Shown piece by piece: positions 24,610-36,480 of a stretch of DNA of 54,475 bases. The DNA is from Girardia tigrina. Lineage: Eukaryota. Below the pieces are notes generated by a model. The model searched no databases. It was not told where the DNA came from and saw nothing but the letters and a program-made list of their open reading frames with translations. Numbering within the stretch: position 1 is the first letter of the stretch; every line of letters begins with the position of its first letter. The stretch spans positions 4,922 through 59,396 of the forward strand of contig MQRK01196814.1 in NCBI GenBank assembly GCA_001938485.1, read 5' to 3'. A program made the translations under genes and the position numbers.

Positions 24610-25125
24610 ACGAACACTTTCTTTTGTCACAATGAACGGAAAAGCACTAGCTGGACCCATGCTGCGACAAAGAAGAGGGACCTTCTTGTTTAATTCCTAG
24701 TGCATGCAAACAAAATGTTCAATGCAAACATCTTTCTGATTGCATATCTGATCACGATTACAAAGTTTTGTATCTGAAAAGATATAAACAACATGTATGG
24801 CTTAGAAACCTAAAACTGGACTGCATAAAAACGTGCAAAAAAATCTTGTCATAAGGGACCGAGAATATTTGTTAGTCCAACTTCAACGTATCATTGTTGA
24901 TACTGAACCGGGATGGAATAATACCGAGAAGATAATTACTAAATTACTGCACAGGTGCCGGAGGATAAAAGACCCCCCTCTGAAAGGAAATTGGTTACTT
25001 GAACATAACACCGAAATGTGTCATCTCATCAATGAAAGAAATCACAAAAGGCTGAAATGGGCATTGCACCCTTCCTTTGAGTATCTAGAACACTGGAGAG
25101 CAGCACGGCTTTCATGTGTTCTGTG
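24610..25125 (+). mobile_element. RTE-clade LINE fragment (end of APE endonuclease plus linker)
   Basis: TNTFFCHNERKSTSWTHAATKKRDLLV*FLV matches the NTFF...TW.H...LDY pattern. It is followed by DCISDH and a W...W..EHN.E...LI.ERN....W linker. Confidence 0.75.
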
Positions 25126-26039
25126 AAGGAATGTTTTTTGTAGAAATGAAAAACACATAAAAATTCATAATAGTCTAACATTTTGAAAATTTTATCTTTT
25201 ATTTTAATATTTTTTAAACATATGTGACACGTATTTATACAGTGTAAATGTTCAATGGTTCAATAGTGATTAAAGAAGGAATACATTTATATAAAATATT
25301 GAAAAAAACGAAACAATATTAAAGAAATAAATATTTTATATATAGTAGGAGAATAAATTTCAAAAGATTTTCGAATAACTTTACCTTAGGTGACTTTTTA
25401 TTAGGTATTCTAGTGACATAAAATTTTAAGTATAGCCATCCTAAATATGACACCTATCTAAAAATCTTCCAAGTTGCATGAAAATGAATTAAAAGTGGTG
25501 TAACAAAATCTCGCCCAAAAAATTTTTATTAAAATATGCAATTCATGATTTGAGAATATTAGTATTTAACACAAAATAAAAAAGTTTAGAAATAAAAAAC
25601 GTAATATTTACCATAACTTTTTAAAAAATTATTTTTTATATTTTGAAATGAAATACTTAAAATAGAACAAAATCGATGTTAAAATAAATGTACAAATTAT
25701 AAATAAAAAATTTTTTCAATTAATTAATTATTTAAATTATTTAATTAATTATTTAATGATTTTCAATTTTTGATGTTTGGTTTTTTTATATTTTAATCCA
25801 GAAATTCTGAATTTTTCGGAAAATAACTATTTCTTAAAGGGTCTGATTTTATTTTTGTATACAGTGGTCTGTATGGTAGAATAACTTTAAAAATTAATAT
25901 AAGTGAGAAGTGTAAAACAACTTACTAGTAGAGTATTGAATTGTTTCGTTTCGACCAATTTTTAGCCAGCAACAGTCACCCCGACTATTTCAACGGTGGT
26001 GGAGCAAACGACTTATCCCGAAGATACACATTTATCTTT

Positions 26040-26445
26040 TAGGATCACAGATCCAAATGCGAGGGGAAAGTTCAAATGTCCCTTTCGCGGCTGTACCAAG
26101 TCCACCAATACAGTCAAAGGGATGGTCAATCATGATACCACAATTCATGATTGGTCGTTTGCAACAGGGAAGCCCAAGAAATTTCGGAGACTGAAGCACT
26201 TCGTCCCCGTAGGAGGCCTATCGGGGGGCAGCTAGCACTCTTTAGTTTGAGTGGACCCTCTAAAGAGCCTAGGGGTTCAATACCATTCGAAAGAGATGGG
26301 GGGCCCACTAGTAGATAAAGATAGTGATAAAGTGAAATTCGAATGTCTCTTTCCCCGTTTCACTAAGTTTGTTTAAATAGTGAAAGCCTTATAAATCCAT
26401 GGTACAATAAATTATGATTGGTCTTGAATTAGATCAAAATCCCTT
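26040..26445 (+). pseudogene. Two tandem C2H2 zinc-finger relics (TE-derived or host)
   Basis: GKFKCPFRGCTKSTNTVKGMVNHDTTIHDW and a decayed paralog VKFECLFPRFTKFV*IVKAL*IHGTINYDW about 270 bp downstream. Confidence 0.6.
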
Positions 26446-29400
26446 TCGTATCTAAAGCCTTGTAATATGATCAGAAGCTCTTGTATCTTTTGACATTTCT
26501 ACACGAGATAGTATAATTCACTATCCTCTGCATCCTTTACTCATTACTTAAAATTGAAATTATGCTTTTAAAAAATTGTTTGATAAAATCTTTTCTACAG
26601 ATTTTTCTCTTTGAAAAGACAAATTAAAGTATTTATTTAGAGACATTCGTTATGGAATGAATACGAATTTTCCTAAAAATAATTAATAATCATAAATTAA
26701 TAAAAATATTTTGATAATTGACCAATAATCAAAACAATAAAATTAATTTTATTGCAATTAATATACGGTTTCAAATGTTTAAAATGTAATATTTATTTAA
26801 AATTTTTTTATACAAGTTGGTAACAATTGAAAAAGAATATTTATTATTTAAATAGGTTTTTTTGTTTTTATTAACAAAAATTATGTCTCAAAAATATTCG
26901 CAAATAAAAATTCGACTTTTTTTATTATTTCAAAATATTATTCCTATTTTTCTAAATTAAATAATCTTGTTTTTAATGTTTTAATTAATTTATTTAAAAA
27001 CAAAATTAAAGAAATCAAATTTAGATTAATTAAATAATAAAATATTTTTTAATTAAATAATTTTAATATTCCTAAGTAAAAATACTTATACAATTTGTTT
27101 GTTATTATTAGAAATATATTATAATATGAAAAATAATTTAAATTTTCAAAGTGATTTTTTGGTTTCAATTAACAAAATTTCGACGGAACTTCTATGGAAA
27201 ACATTTATCAAATCTAATTGGTTTTTGGATTTTGTTTTGCCAAATTTTTGTTTTACTAATTGTTTAATAATTAAAATAAAAAAGAATTTTGGAATCTTAA
27301 AAATATTTTGATACTTTTCGTTTCAAATAAAAACTCATTTACACTTTAAACCCAAAATATAAGAAAAAACTATTACGAAAAAAGCTTGGAATGTCCCAAG
27401 CTCAATACGTTTTTTAACACTTTGAAAGTATATTTTACCCTTTCAAATGATATTTATGATCGCGCATCCATCCAGTTGCTCGCGCCTCACAAGATACAAA
27501 TAAACGAACCGGTTTAACAATTTATCAGGGTTAAAAGTTATTTTCAAAATAAATAATATTTGACTCGGTCAACGAAGCAATCACACAGATTTATAAATAT
27601 TTCCTTGCGTTTACCGAATAATACTTTCATTTCTAGCGATATTATAAATTTTTTAATATGATTGGAAGTTTATTCTTACAATTATATTAATATTTTTAAG
27701 CTTCGTTTTTTGAGACATCACATAACAATACTTTCAACTATATAAATTACAATTAATCATATGTTAAGGCCTTTTATTAAGAAAGATTCAATGGGGTCAC
27801 AAGTAATCCGGAAATGGTAGTGTCGTAAAATATAATAAATTTTTTTAGTGGATGAAAATACTTAAGTTTCTTGTTTTCTTAAAATAGCTGTTCCTATTCA
27901 AAAAGTTTGTTTACCAAGTATAATCATATTTCAAATAAGAAAATACACAATTGACCAGACCTATAACATTTTACTAACATCTCAACACGAGTTAAATTAC
28001 ACAACCTTTCAACATATATTACTTACAAGAATAAGAAACAAAGTCTTTTTATGAAAGATTGAGGTTAGATTTTGCGTTCATAGGGGGTATATCATCAAAT
28101 ATATATATTTATTTTTATTAAAAATGCAGTTTTCTTTTAATTTTTGCAATACAATATAACAAATTATACACCGCTTTTATTGTCTTGACGTTCTCAATGA
28201 GATTCTATTGAATTCAAAATAAAAATCAAAGTAATGATTTTTTCAAAAAAATTTGAAAAATATTGATTTTTCTGAGAAATGTTTTGTTTGAACAAATGAA
28301 TATTTCAATGAAGAATAAGATTCTGTTTTATAATATAATATACAATAAACACTATAAGAAAATAATCACGAAGGAGACGGGAACTTTTTTGGTTTCGGTC
28401 TTAACCCAAACAGACAATGTTTTGGATATTGATTTTTTTTCAGAAAATAAAATGAAGAAAGAAACTCGAATGACTGAGAGCAGCGTGCGACACGATGGAT
28501 GTCACGTCGATGTTCTCCTGGTTACGATTGGAATCTGTTCCATATATATCCCAAAATATTCACCAAGTAAAAAAATATATGACCAAAATTAATGAGTAGC
28601 TTTTCAAAGACCATTAAAAGTTGTATTTCCGTCAAGTAAAGGCTTGTATGCAAATTTTCAGAACAACACGACCTAAGGACATGGTCGAAAATTTAGTCAC
28701 AAAAAACAAATGTTATACTCAGACAAATTAAATTTGCAAATCCGTTATCAAAGAATTAAAATTTTTATATTTTGAAACTCTCTGAATCTCGAAAAGTCAT
28801 TTGCAGAAGCTTTCAAAGTTTCAAAACAAAAATGATATTTGAAAATTTCTTTAATATAAAAAATAATTTCTAAAAGAAAAAAAATATTTTTAATAATAAC
28901 AAGGAATTATAAATGATTATTATTAATCTTTCTCATTATTTAATAATATTCATGATTTGATTAAAAAATTAATTTAAACTTCATGAGTTAATTAAAAAAT
29001 TAATTATAAATCAATTTAAATTAAAACAGAAATTTTAAAAACTTAAAATGTTATTAATATTATAATTAATTTTTTGAAATAAAAATACACAAAATTATTG
29101 TTTTAATCATTATTATTACTTTTATTCTTTTATATTAAAATCAACAAAAAATAATTAATAATTGAAAAAGAAAAAATTAAAATTATTTTTTTAAAAAAAT
29201 AATTTTTTTTTATTTTCATTTGGTCAAGAGATAATTGCTCAATAATTGTTTCTGATAATTTAATCAAAAGAAATAAAATAAAATTTCCTAATTTTTATTG
29301 TCGATGATAATTCACAAAACATTTCTGTTTTGAAGTCATTTATATTCTTTCTGACATTATTGAAACAGTTTTACTGTTTCTTCATTTATAAAGTTATAAT

Positions 29401-29705
29401 ATGTGATTGAGTCTATTACATGAAAACTTCATTGTAAATGTTCATGAAAAATTCTATAATAGTCCCAGCAAGGTCCTGAAAGTGAGATTAAGAAACTATA
29501 GAACAGGTAAATAAAAATAAAGTATACCAAAATTTACAAGAATCAATTTTTTTCATTTAAATTTAAAAAAAATATGAGTTTTCCTTGCAATAGCTAACTT
29601 ACCATAAGTGCTTGAGAACAATTATGGTTTTAATATAAATGAAAAGTGCTATGTTATTTAAAGCATGAAAACTGTAAATATTGTATCTTTGATTTCCCAG
29701 AAGAT

Positions 29706-29790
29706 GAAAAACCGTTTAAATGTACCAAATGCAGCAAAGGTTACAAAACGAAAGGATGGTCACTAGGCATCTGCGTAAAGACATACTAAA
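29706..29790 (+). pseudogene. Single frameshifted C2H2 zinc-finger relic
   Basis: EKPFKCTKCSKGYKTK / MVTRHLRK. Confidence 0.5.
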
Positions 29791-29871
29791 GATTTTGTCA
29801 CCCGAAAACAAGGCCCAGGAGCAAACGGACCCACAGTCACGGGATCGCTTGATTTGTGTCTTCGCAATTAT

Positions 29872-30308
29872 CTATACGATTATTTTCGTTGTTGAATTGA
29901 ACAAAAGTTTTTTAACAATAGTGACGACATCAAACGTTTTTCTTTTGTCTTGCACCTCATCATTATCTTCCGATATCAATTTGTGTGTAATTATGAGACT
30001 TTCTTCGAGATAGATAATCTTTCCAGTTAAAACGTGACGACCCATGATCAATGCCGGTCTATTATTTTTCGAAAGGAATGACTGACTAGTTGATTGGAGA
30101 AATGACTTTGATCTTTCACTTCCAAATCGCCTCGGAGTTCAATTATAAAATGTTCTCTCAAATTATCCGCATATACAATACAGCTGAAAATACACTGTAA
30201 ATTATTGAATGAGTAAAATTGAAGAGTCTCTTTCATTTGGGGAATAAAAATAACTAAAAACACTCGAAATTTTTTATTTCTTTGGCACGAAAACTTGACA
30301 AAAACCAT
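29872..30308 (-). pseudogene. CHTF8: Chromosome transmission fidelity 8 (CTF8/CHTF8) homolog, frameshifted
   Basis: EHFIIELRGDLE...SNQLV, a frameshift near 30070, then RPALIMGRHVLTGKIIYLEE...FDVVTIVKKLLFNSTTKII. This matches the Ctf8 pattern recalled from memory (MELQGEIE; LIVGHHILYGKIIHLEKP; KILFKTRPKPI). A candidate GT-AG intron at 30294-30184 would give MVFVNCIV. Confidence 0.75.
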
Positions 30309-31099
30309 GTTGCCACGCAACATATTATTTAAACAAAACTCTGAAATTTTCCAGAATTTTTTTATAACAGAAAAAGAAAAAAATAACTATTTTAAGAAAA
30401 AAATAATTTATTTATTTTAATATTTTAAATTAATCTTTTTTTATTTACATTTTTATAATTCAATCAGAACACACACTTTTCGCATTAGTTACATTTTTAA
30501 GCCAGGAAAATTTATAAACATATTCTTCATAACATTTACTTTCATTTTTATGTGACATCATATTTACAATTTTCCTTCCAAAAACTTTGTTACATTTTCG
30601 ATTAATAATATTTGAAAATTTGAGAATCTAGTGAAAATTAAGATTAATTTATGCTTCCAAACAATGAAACATAGCTTCATTTCCTAAATTTATTTAAAAG
30701 CCATTTGGTCTCATAAAATAAGAGTAATTTAGTACTAAATAAGACACTGTATAAATACTATGTAGTACTAAAATCGAAACCTTTTGATATCTACGTTGCT
30801 TAGTAGTTGACCGTCAAAAAATCTCGACAACATTCCCTCCTTCCTCCAACAACTTAAAAATTTATTCAAATATTATTCAGACAGAAAATAGGGTAAAACA
30901 GTCTTGTTATGTTTGAGATGATTTTTAGAATCTTGATTTAAAGAAAAATCGGAAATTAAAATTATTCAAAATTTTATTTATACACCACAATAACAAATTT
31001 TTCAATATAATTTTTCTTTTGCTCAATGTACACATAAAGATAATGAAATTTAAGTATAAACACTTAATTTATTTAAATCAATAACACTTTTCAAAAAAT

Positions 31100-31590
31100 T
31101 ATATTTTATAGTAACAATATATTTCAGTGCGTTTCACGCTTAATTAACAAACATTTCGTTGTCTTATATATAGCAAATTGATGATTATGCAAACAACTTG
31201 CGTAAAAAATAATTAAATATTTTCAAAACAGTGAAAGAGAGACTTGTTTGGACATGAAGGATAAGGAGATTTAATCAATAATGCCTCTCAAATGACTCTT
31301 TCCAATATTTTTTAAAATGCTGCATCATATTTTAAATTTGATGTTTTCACATTCAATCTACAAACTTTCATATGTCCAGCAAAGTTACTCTCATTACCGA
31401 ATTGTGCATTCTCCAGAATCCGTTTACAGAGATGACGAGCAGCCTTTCCAATGTATGTGACTTTGTACTTAATATACAAAAATTGATAAACCATATTGGA
31501 ACATAAACTCAAAAGAGCATGAGATTTATTGCAGAAAATACTTGCAATTTTGTAAGATTTAGAAATCATTTTTAAATCCAAGTTCAAATT
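31100..31590 (-). mobile_element. Degenerate PLE GIY-YIG 3' fragment
   Basis: IFCNKSH...NMVYQF...TYIGKAARHLCKRILEN, then in another frame EALLIKS. Clearly homologous to 10553-10947, including the 3' UTR. Confidence 0.85.
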
Positions 31591-31669
31591 TATAATTAAA
31601 ATTTATAATATAAGATTCATATAAATATTTTAAAAATGACGATAATGAATTTTTAAAAGTCAAAAAATT

Positions 31670-32070
31670 TTTGTCAGAATATATTGTGATTAATTTCGAC
31701 GGATCAACCGTCATCATCAGACTGAATTAACAATGATATACTCGCGTTTATATATCAAAGCAATGTTTATGTAATCATTATGTCATTTAAATCATGAAAA
31801 TACTTTCAATAAAGTTGAAGAGGACAGTGTTTGGACATTGATTTTAGGATCAAAAGATTTGATCAACAATGCTTCACATACAACAATGCCTCTCCCAGTA
31901 ATTATCAAATTGTGAACACAAAATCTTAAAATTACTTACGTCAACTTTACTATTCAAACAGTTCTTCTTATGTTGAGCAATATTGCTATCACTTTCCCTG
32001 CGATTATGTTCCTGAATTCGTTTACAGAGATGACGACAAGACTCTCCGACGTATGTGGCGTAAGACACAG
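31670..32070 (-). mobile_element. PLE GIY-YIG 3' fragment with hammerhead, in tandem with 31100-31590
   Basis: ATYVGESCRHLCKRIQEH...NIAQHKKNC...FKILC..FDNYWER, a frameshift, then CEALLIKSFDPKINVQ. Confidence 0.88.
31686..31722 (-). ncRNA. Minimal type-I hammerhead ribozyme in PLE 3' region
   Basis: Minus strand reads gt-CTGATGA-T-GACGG-ttgat-CCGTC-GAAA-TTAA-TC-ac. Core and stem II match the 11013 copy, the loop differs, stem III is the palindrome ATTAAT and the triplet is AUC. Stem I is weak (2 clear bp). Confidence 0.82.
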
Positions 32071-35000
32071 CCGTTATTTTTGAAATTTCCTCAAAAGTAT
32101 TCAAGGAAAAAAGCAATATGTAAAATATTAAAACATTTTCTTTAATTATAATTAGAAATTTCATAAAAAATGTTAACTCATAACAATTAAGAGTTCTTAA
32201 ATGATTATAAAATTATCAAGTCATGCAAAAATAAAATTTCAACAATATGCGCCATCCTTGTTAGCAAGAGTCTCGTCAAGAGCAATTCTATGCTAATTAT
32301 TACTGCTTTAGACTCATTCTTCAGTTTTCCCTTTTTTGTTAATAGAAAATTTATCTGAAAAATTGATAATTATTTTCTTTCTTTATTTTACCTAATTTTA
32401 TTTCATCATCAATTTTATTCTTTATTCACAAATAATTTCGTATCGACATTATTTATTCTTTGTTAAAAATATTTAAAAAAATTTTTGATTTATAAAATGG
32501 ATTTTCTGAATACAAATTTATATATTAAATACTATTTTGTTTTCAATTTTTATTGAACTCAAATCGTATATCCAAAGGTCCACTTTGCCTTGCAGAAAAT
32601 CAATCATCTCTGATCAAATCTATCGTTCAAAACTTTGAATAATTCTTTTTTTCAATTGTTTATTACTGATGTGTTTACGCTTTACATGATAATAAATATT
32701 CAAAATAATTAATTCAAATTAAATAAGAAAATTTAATTAAAAATTAAAAAAAATTAAATAACATTACAAAAATAGTAATAATTTTAAATTGAATTTGTTC
32801 ATATTTAAATGAACAAGAAATTATTATTAAAATTGTTGACTCATCGAGTCAATCATTATTGTCCATTAATTTTTAAGTCATAATCACCGAGTAAGCGTGG
32901 TGAATGAAGATAAATGAATTGAATGTCTCATTCTGATTGGTTAACAAATCAGAGCAAGCCTTGTCAGAGATAAAAAAAATTGTAGTGATTTAAAAACACA
33001 CTTAACGAAATTTAGGATCCAACAAATGGAGGCGAAGTTTGTTTCTCTATATTTTTAAAAATTTAACAATTGTTAAAAACGATATTGAAATTGACTTTGA
33101 ATTGCCCTAATTTTCATACTTTTTTATTGCAGCTTTTTCTACAGCCTCTATTGAAGATTGAAGTGAAATAATATTTATCTCTTTCACCCTTTTACCATTT
33201 TTAACGAAGACCTAAGCATTTCACTTATTTTTGTTTACATACCACAAAAATGTTATGTCTGTATCTTTAATACTTGTCTTATCAAATACCAAAAATATTT
33301 ATTATGAGTAAAATTAAATTTACCTCTATTATTTAATATATTTTCTTCCACGAAAGCGTTAAATAATATACTTTATTATAGTCTAAAACATACTTAATAA
33401 AATAAATAAAAAATTAAAATTTCAGGCTATCATAAACATAAAAATTTACATTTAAAAATCAATAATATTAGTCTAAATTTTTTTAATACCATATTTTAAA
33501 AAATATAAAATAAGAAATATAAAACTTTAATTTTTATAAATTTTTATTTTAAAACATTTAAATATTGTTTAACATAACATTGAAAATAATTTATCAGAAT
33601 GACTTTATATAATTATGTTAGCCATACACATAAAAATTATTTTTTAAAATAAATAATATTAGTCTAAATTAGACATGATGGGCTCCAAAAAGAACTGACT
33701 GAAAAAAATTGGAATCGAAAAATATATGATCAAACAAAACGGTGCTAACAAACACTGTAACAATATTTTATATTAAGGTGTTTAAATTACAAATTATCTA
33801 CCGTTATATTTTTTTGTAAATTATTCTCTCTCCTTGCCCAAAGACGACTCAAATACTTGTTGGACGATACTTTCTGAAATATCTTTTTTGCTTTTTTCTA
33901 TATATATTTATAATTAAATTAAATTATCAAATAAAAAGAATAATAAATATCAATTTCAGATTAAATTTAAATTTAAAAATGGAACTTTGTTCAATTATTT
34001 GGTCATTTGATGAGTCATTTGACTCAATTGTTCTTTCAAATGATTAATCGAGTTAATTAACTATATTTGTGATGGCCGAGTTAGTGTGTCATATTTTGTG
34101 AGTGGAAAGTAAATAAAATGTCTCACTCTGATTGGTCAACAAATCAGAGAGTCCTGAACCCGAATTTTTTTTCACTTTTTATTTTGAATTTTTTCGAAGT
34201 AAAATTTTTGGAAATTTTAATTACAAGTTTGTCTAGCATTTGATTGAAATTTTGTAGAGCTTTAAATTGAAATTTTGATGAAATTCTGATTGAAATTTAT
34301 TATCGACCTTAATTATTTTGAAATTTTTTTCAACGCTAGTTGCTAATTATTTTAAGTTAAAAAAAATTTTTTTTTGATTTAATTTATTTAATAAAATTTA
34401 TCGAACTTTTATTTTTGAAATTGGTATAACAAATATTACTGAATCAAAAAAAAAGAAATTTAAAATTCGATAGGTAAGCATTTAATCTTATTAATAAATG
34501 ATGGCCATAATGAACTAAAAATCCTCGAATTTCAAAATCTAACACTGTTACTCTATAGTTATCACCGTTCGATCTTCGGGGCAAACTGAGGATCAGACGT
34601 ATTACAGGAAATTAAAAATTCTAATGACTTCTCAACCACATGAATCATATTTTTTGGTTCAAGATTTTCGATTTGATTTCACTTTGTCTAAGTAATACTT
34701 TAGAGTAAAGGAATACGACAATATTCATTCATATTTGAAAATATTTCCTATAAAACCTATCAATGATCCATTTCTCAGATTAAATGACTGTATAAAAAGA
34801 CCTTTTTGTGAAGTAGAAGTTAATAATTTGTTCTGTTTGTTTACTAGTTTAAAGATAATTTATTAATCGCCATATTTCAACGAGTAAATCTTCTTAACAA
34901 GAACTAAAAAACTTTAAACACTCTGTTTAAGTCAAACTAAATTATTTACAAATATTTTTCTGACCAAAAATGTGGTTGTTGAAGAAAAAATCAGTAAAGT

Positions 35001-36162
35001 TTTGATTAATATTCCGATGTTGACACTTCATATTCATGTGTAGATTTGTCGACAAGTGTCGCCCGTTTTGTGATTTATGGAGGGTGTTGAATGGAAAATA
35101 TAATTTAATTAGATAAATATCCAGATAATATTGTCATATTATAACAAATTTGAAAGTAAATTTATTTTAAAACGTAGAAAATCGAAATAATAAATTATGA
35201 TTTTTTATAAGTAAAGTTAATATTGATAGCTATTTGACTAAATGTATTGTAATTGTAACATAAATAATTTAGAAATCATCAAATAAAAAATTATTATTTT
35301 TTACAAACAAAATATTCATCCGTTGCCAATTTACTTCCTAAATATTTCTTTTCAACAGATCATAACCATTATCCATTTACAATAAACTAATAAAAACATT
35401 GATCTATTGAAATATATTGTCACAAAAATATTTGTGAAATGATAATATTTTTTGATATAAAGTTTTTATTCTATCTAAAACTTTTAGAGTCTACCTTAAA
35501 AGGAAAAACTTACTGATAGAATAATTTTTCATCTTTATATATATATATATATANNNNNNNNNNNNNNNNNNNNNNNNNNNNNNNNNNNNNNNNNNNNNNN
35601 NNNTATATATATATATATAATAAACTCAAAAAATTACTGTTTGATTGTAAAAATAAAAATTAGAAATGAGTGAAAACGAAAAACAAAAATAAAAAAAATT
35701 GAAGTTCTAATGTCAGATTCATGGTAAAACAGAAATCGAAACGTAAAAACTGACTGTAATTATGATCAAGATGATAAATTGGAAAATTTTAAATCAGAAA
35801 ATTCGGAAACAATTGAGAAAAAAAGTGTCTTAACTTTCAATTTGTAAAAATTTCTCAATCGATGATAAATATAAATCGACTATTATTTTGGAATCTTTAA
35901 TGGACAAATTTATTACATTTGGTTTTTTTTGTGAATTTGTCTAATGAAAAATTTATTCTTTATTGGAAAAAATTATTTTGTAAAAGAAATTATTATTATA
36001 TGAGATTTTCGATTGTTTTATTCGAGTAAAATAAAAATATATATTAGCGGCGTTTTGAATTGAATAAAACGAATTTCATAACGACTGTTTATAATGATTT
36101 CGAATTCGAATTGACAACCGATTGTTCAAAGTATTCAAACGATAAATAAAGAAATTGTCATT

Positions 36163-36480
36163 GTGAGTCCGATGTTGAAAATCGAAGCGTCAATTGATAG
36201 TAATAATGAATCCGCCAGAAATAATGATCAGACTCAAGAGTCACAAATTCTCTCATCGAATCTCAAGCCTGAAGCGACGTCGATTAAGAAATCACGAGGT
36301 CATATCGATCGTTATAACGGACTGTCGGAGGAAGAAGTCGTTCAACGAACATTACCGGATTTTTTTAAAGAAAATCTCGATTTAATTGTGGTGGGAGTTA
36401 ATCCGAGAATGACGTCGGCATATTTCGGTCACCGTTATGCCGGGATCGGGAATCATTTTTGGACATGCATCACAGAAGCC
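36163..36480 (+). pseudogene. TDG: G/T mismatch-specific thymine DNA glycosylase (TDG/MUG family), 5' part only
   Basis: DRYNGLSEEEVVQRTLPDFFKENLDLIVVGVNPRMTSAYFGHRYAGIGNHFWTC. The conserved GxNPG reads GVNPR, and homology stops at 36480, where GC-rich unrelated sequence begins. Confidence 0.8.

Noticed and set aside
34470-34870. Exon-like frame after a GTAAG...TAG candidate intron
   Set aside because: Contains a stop codon and no recognisable domain.
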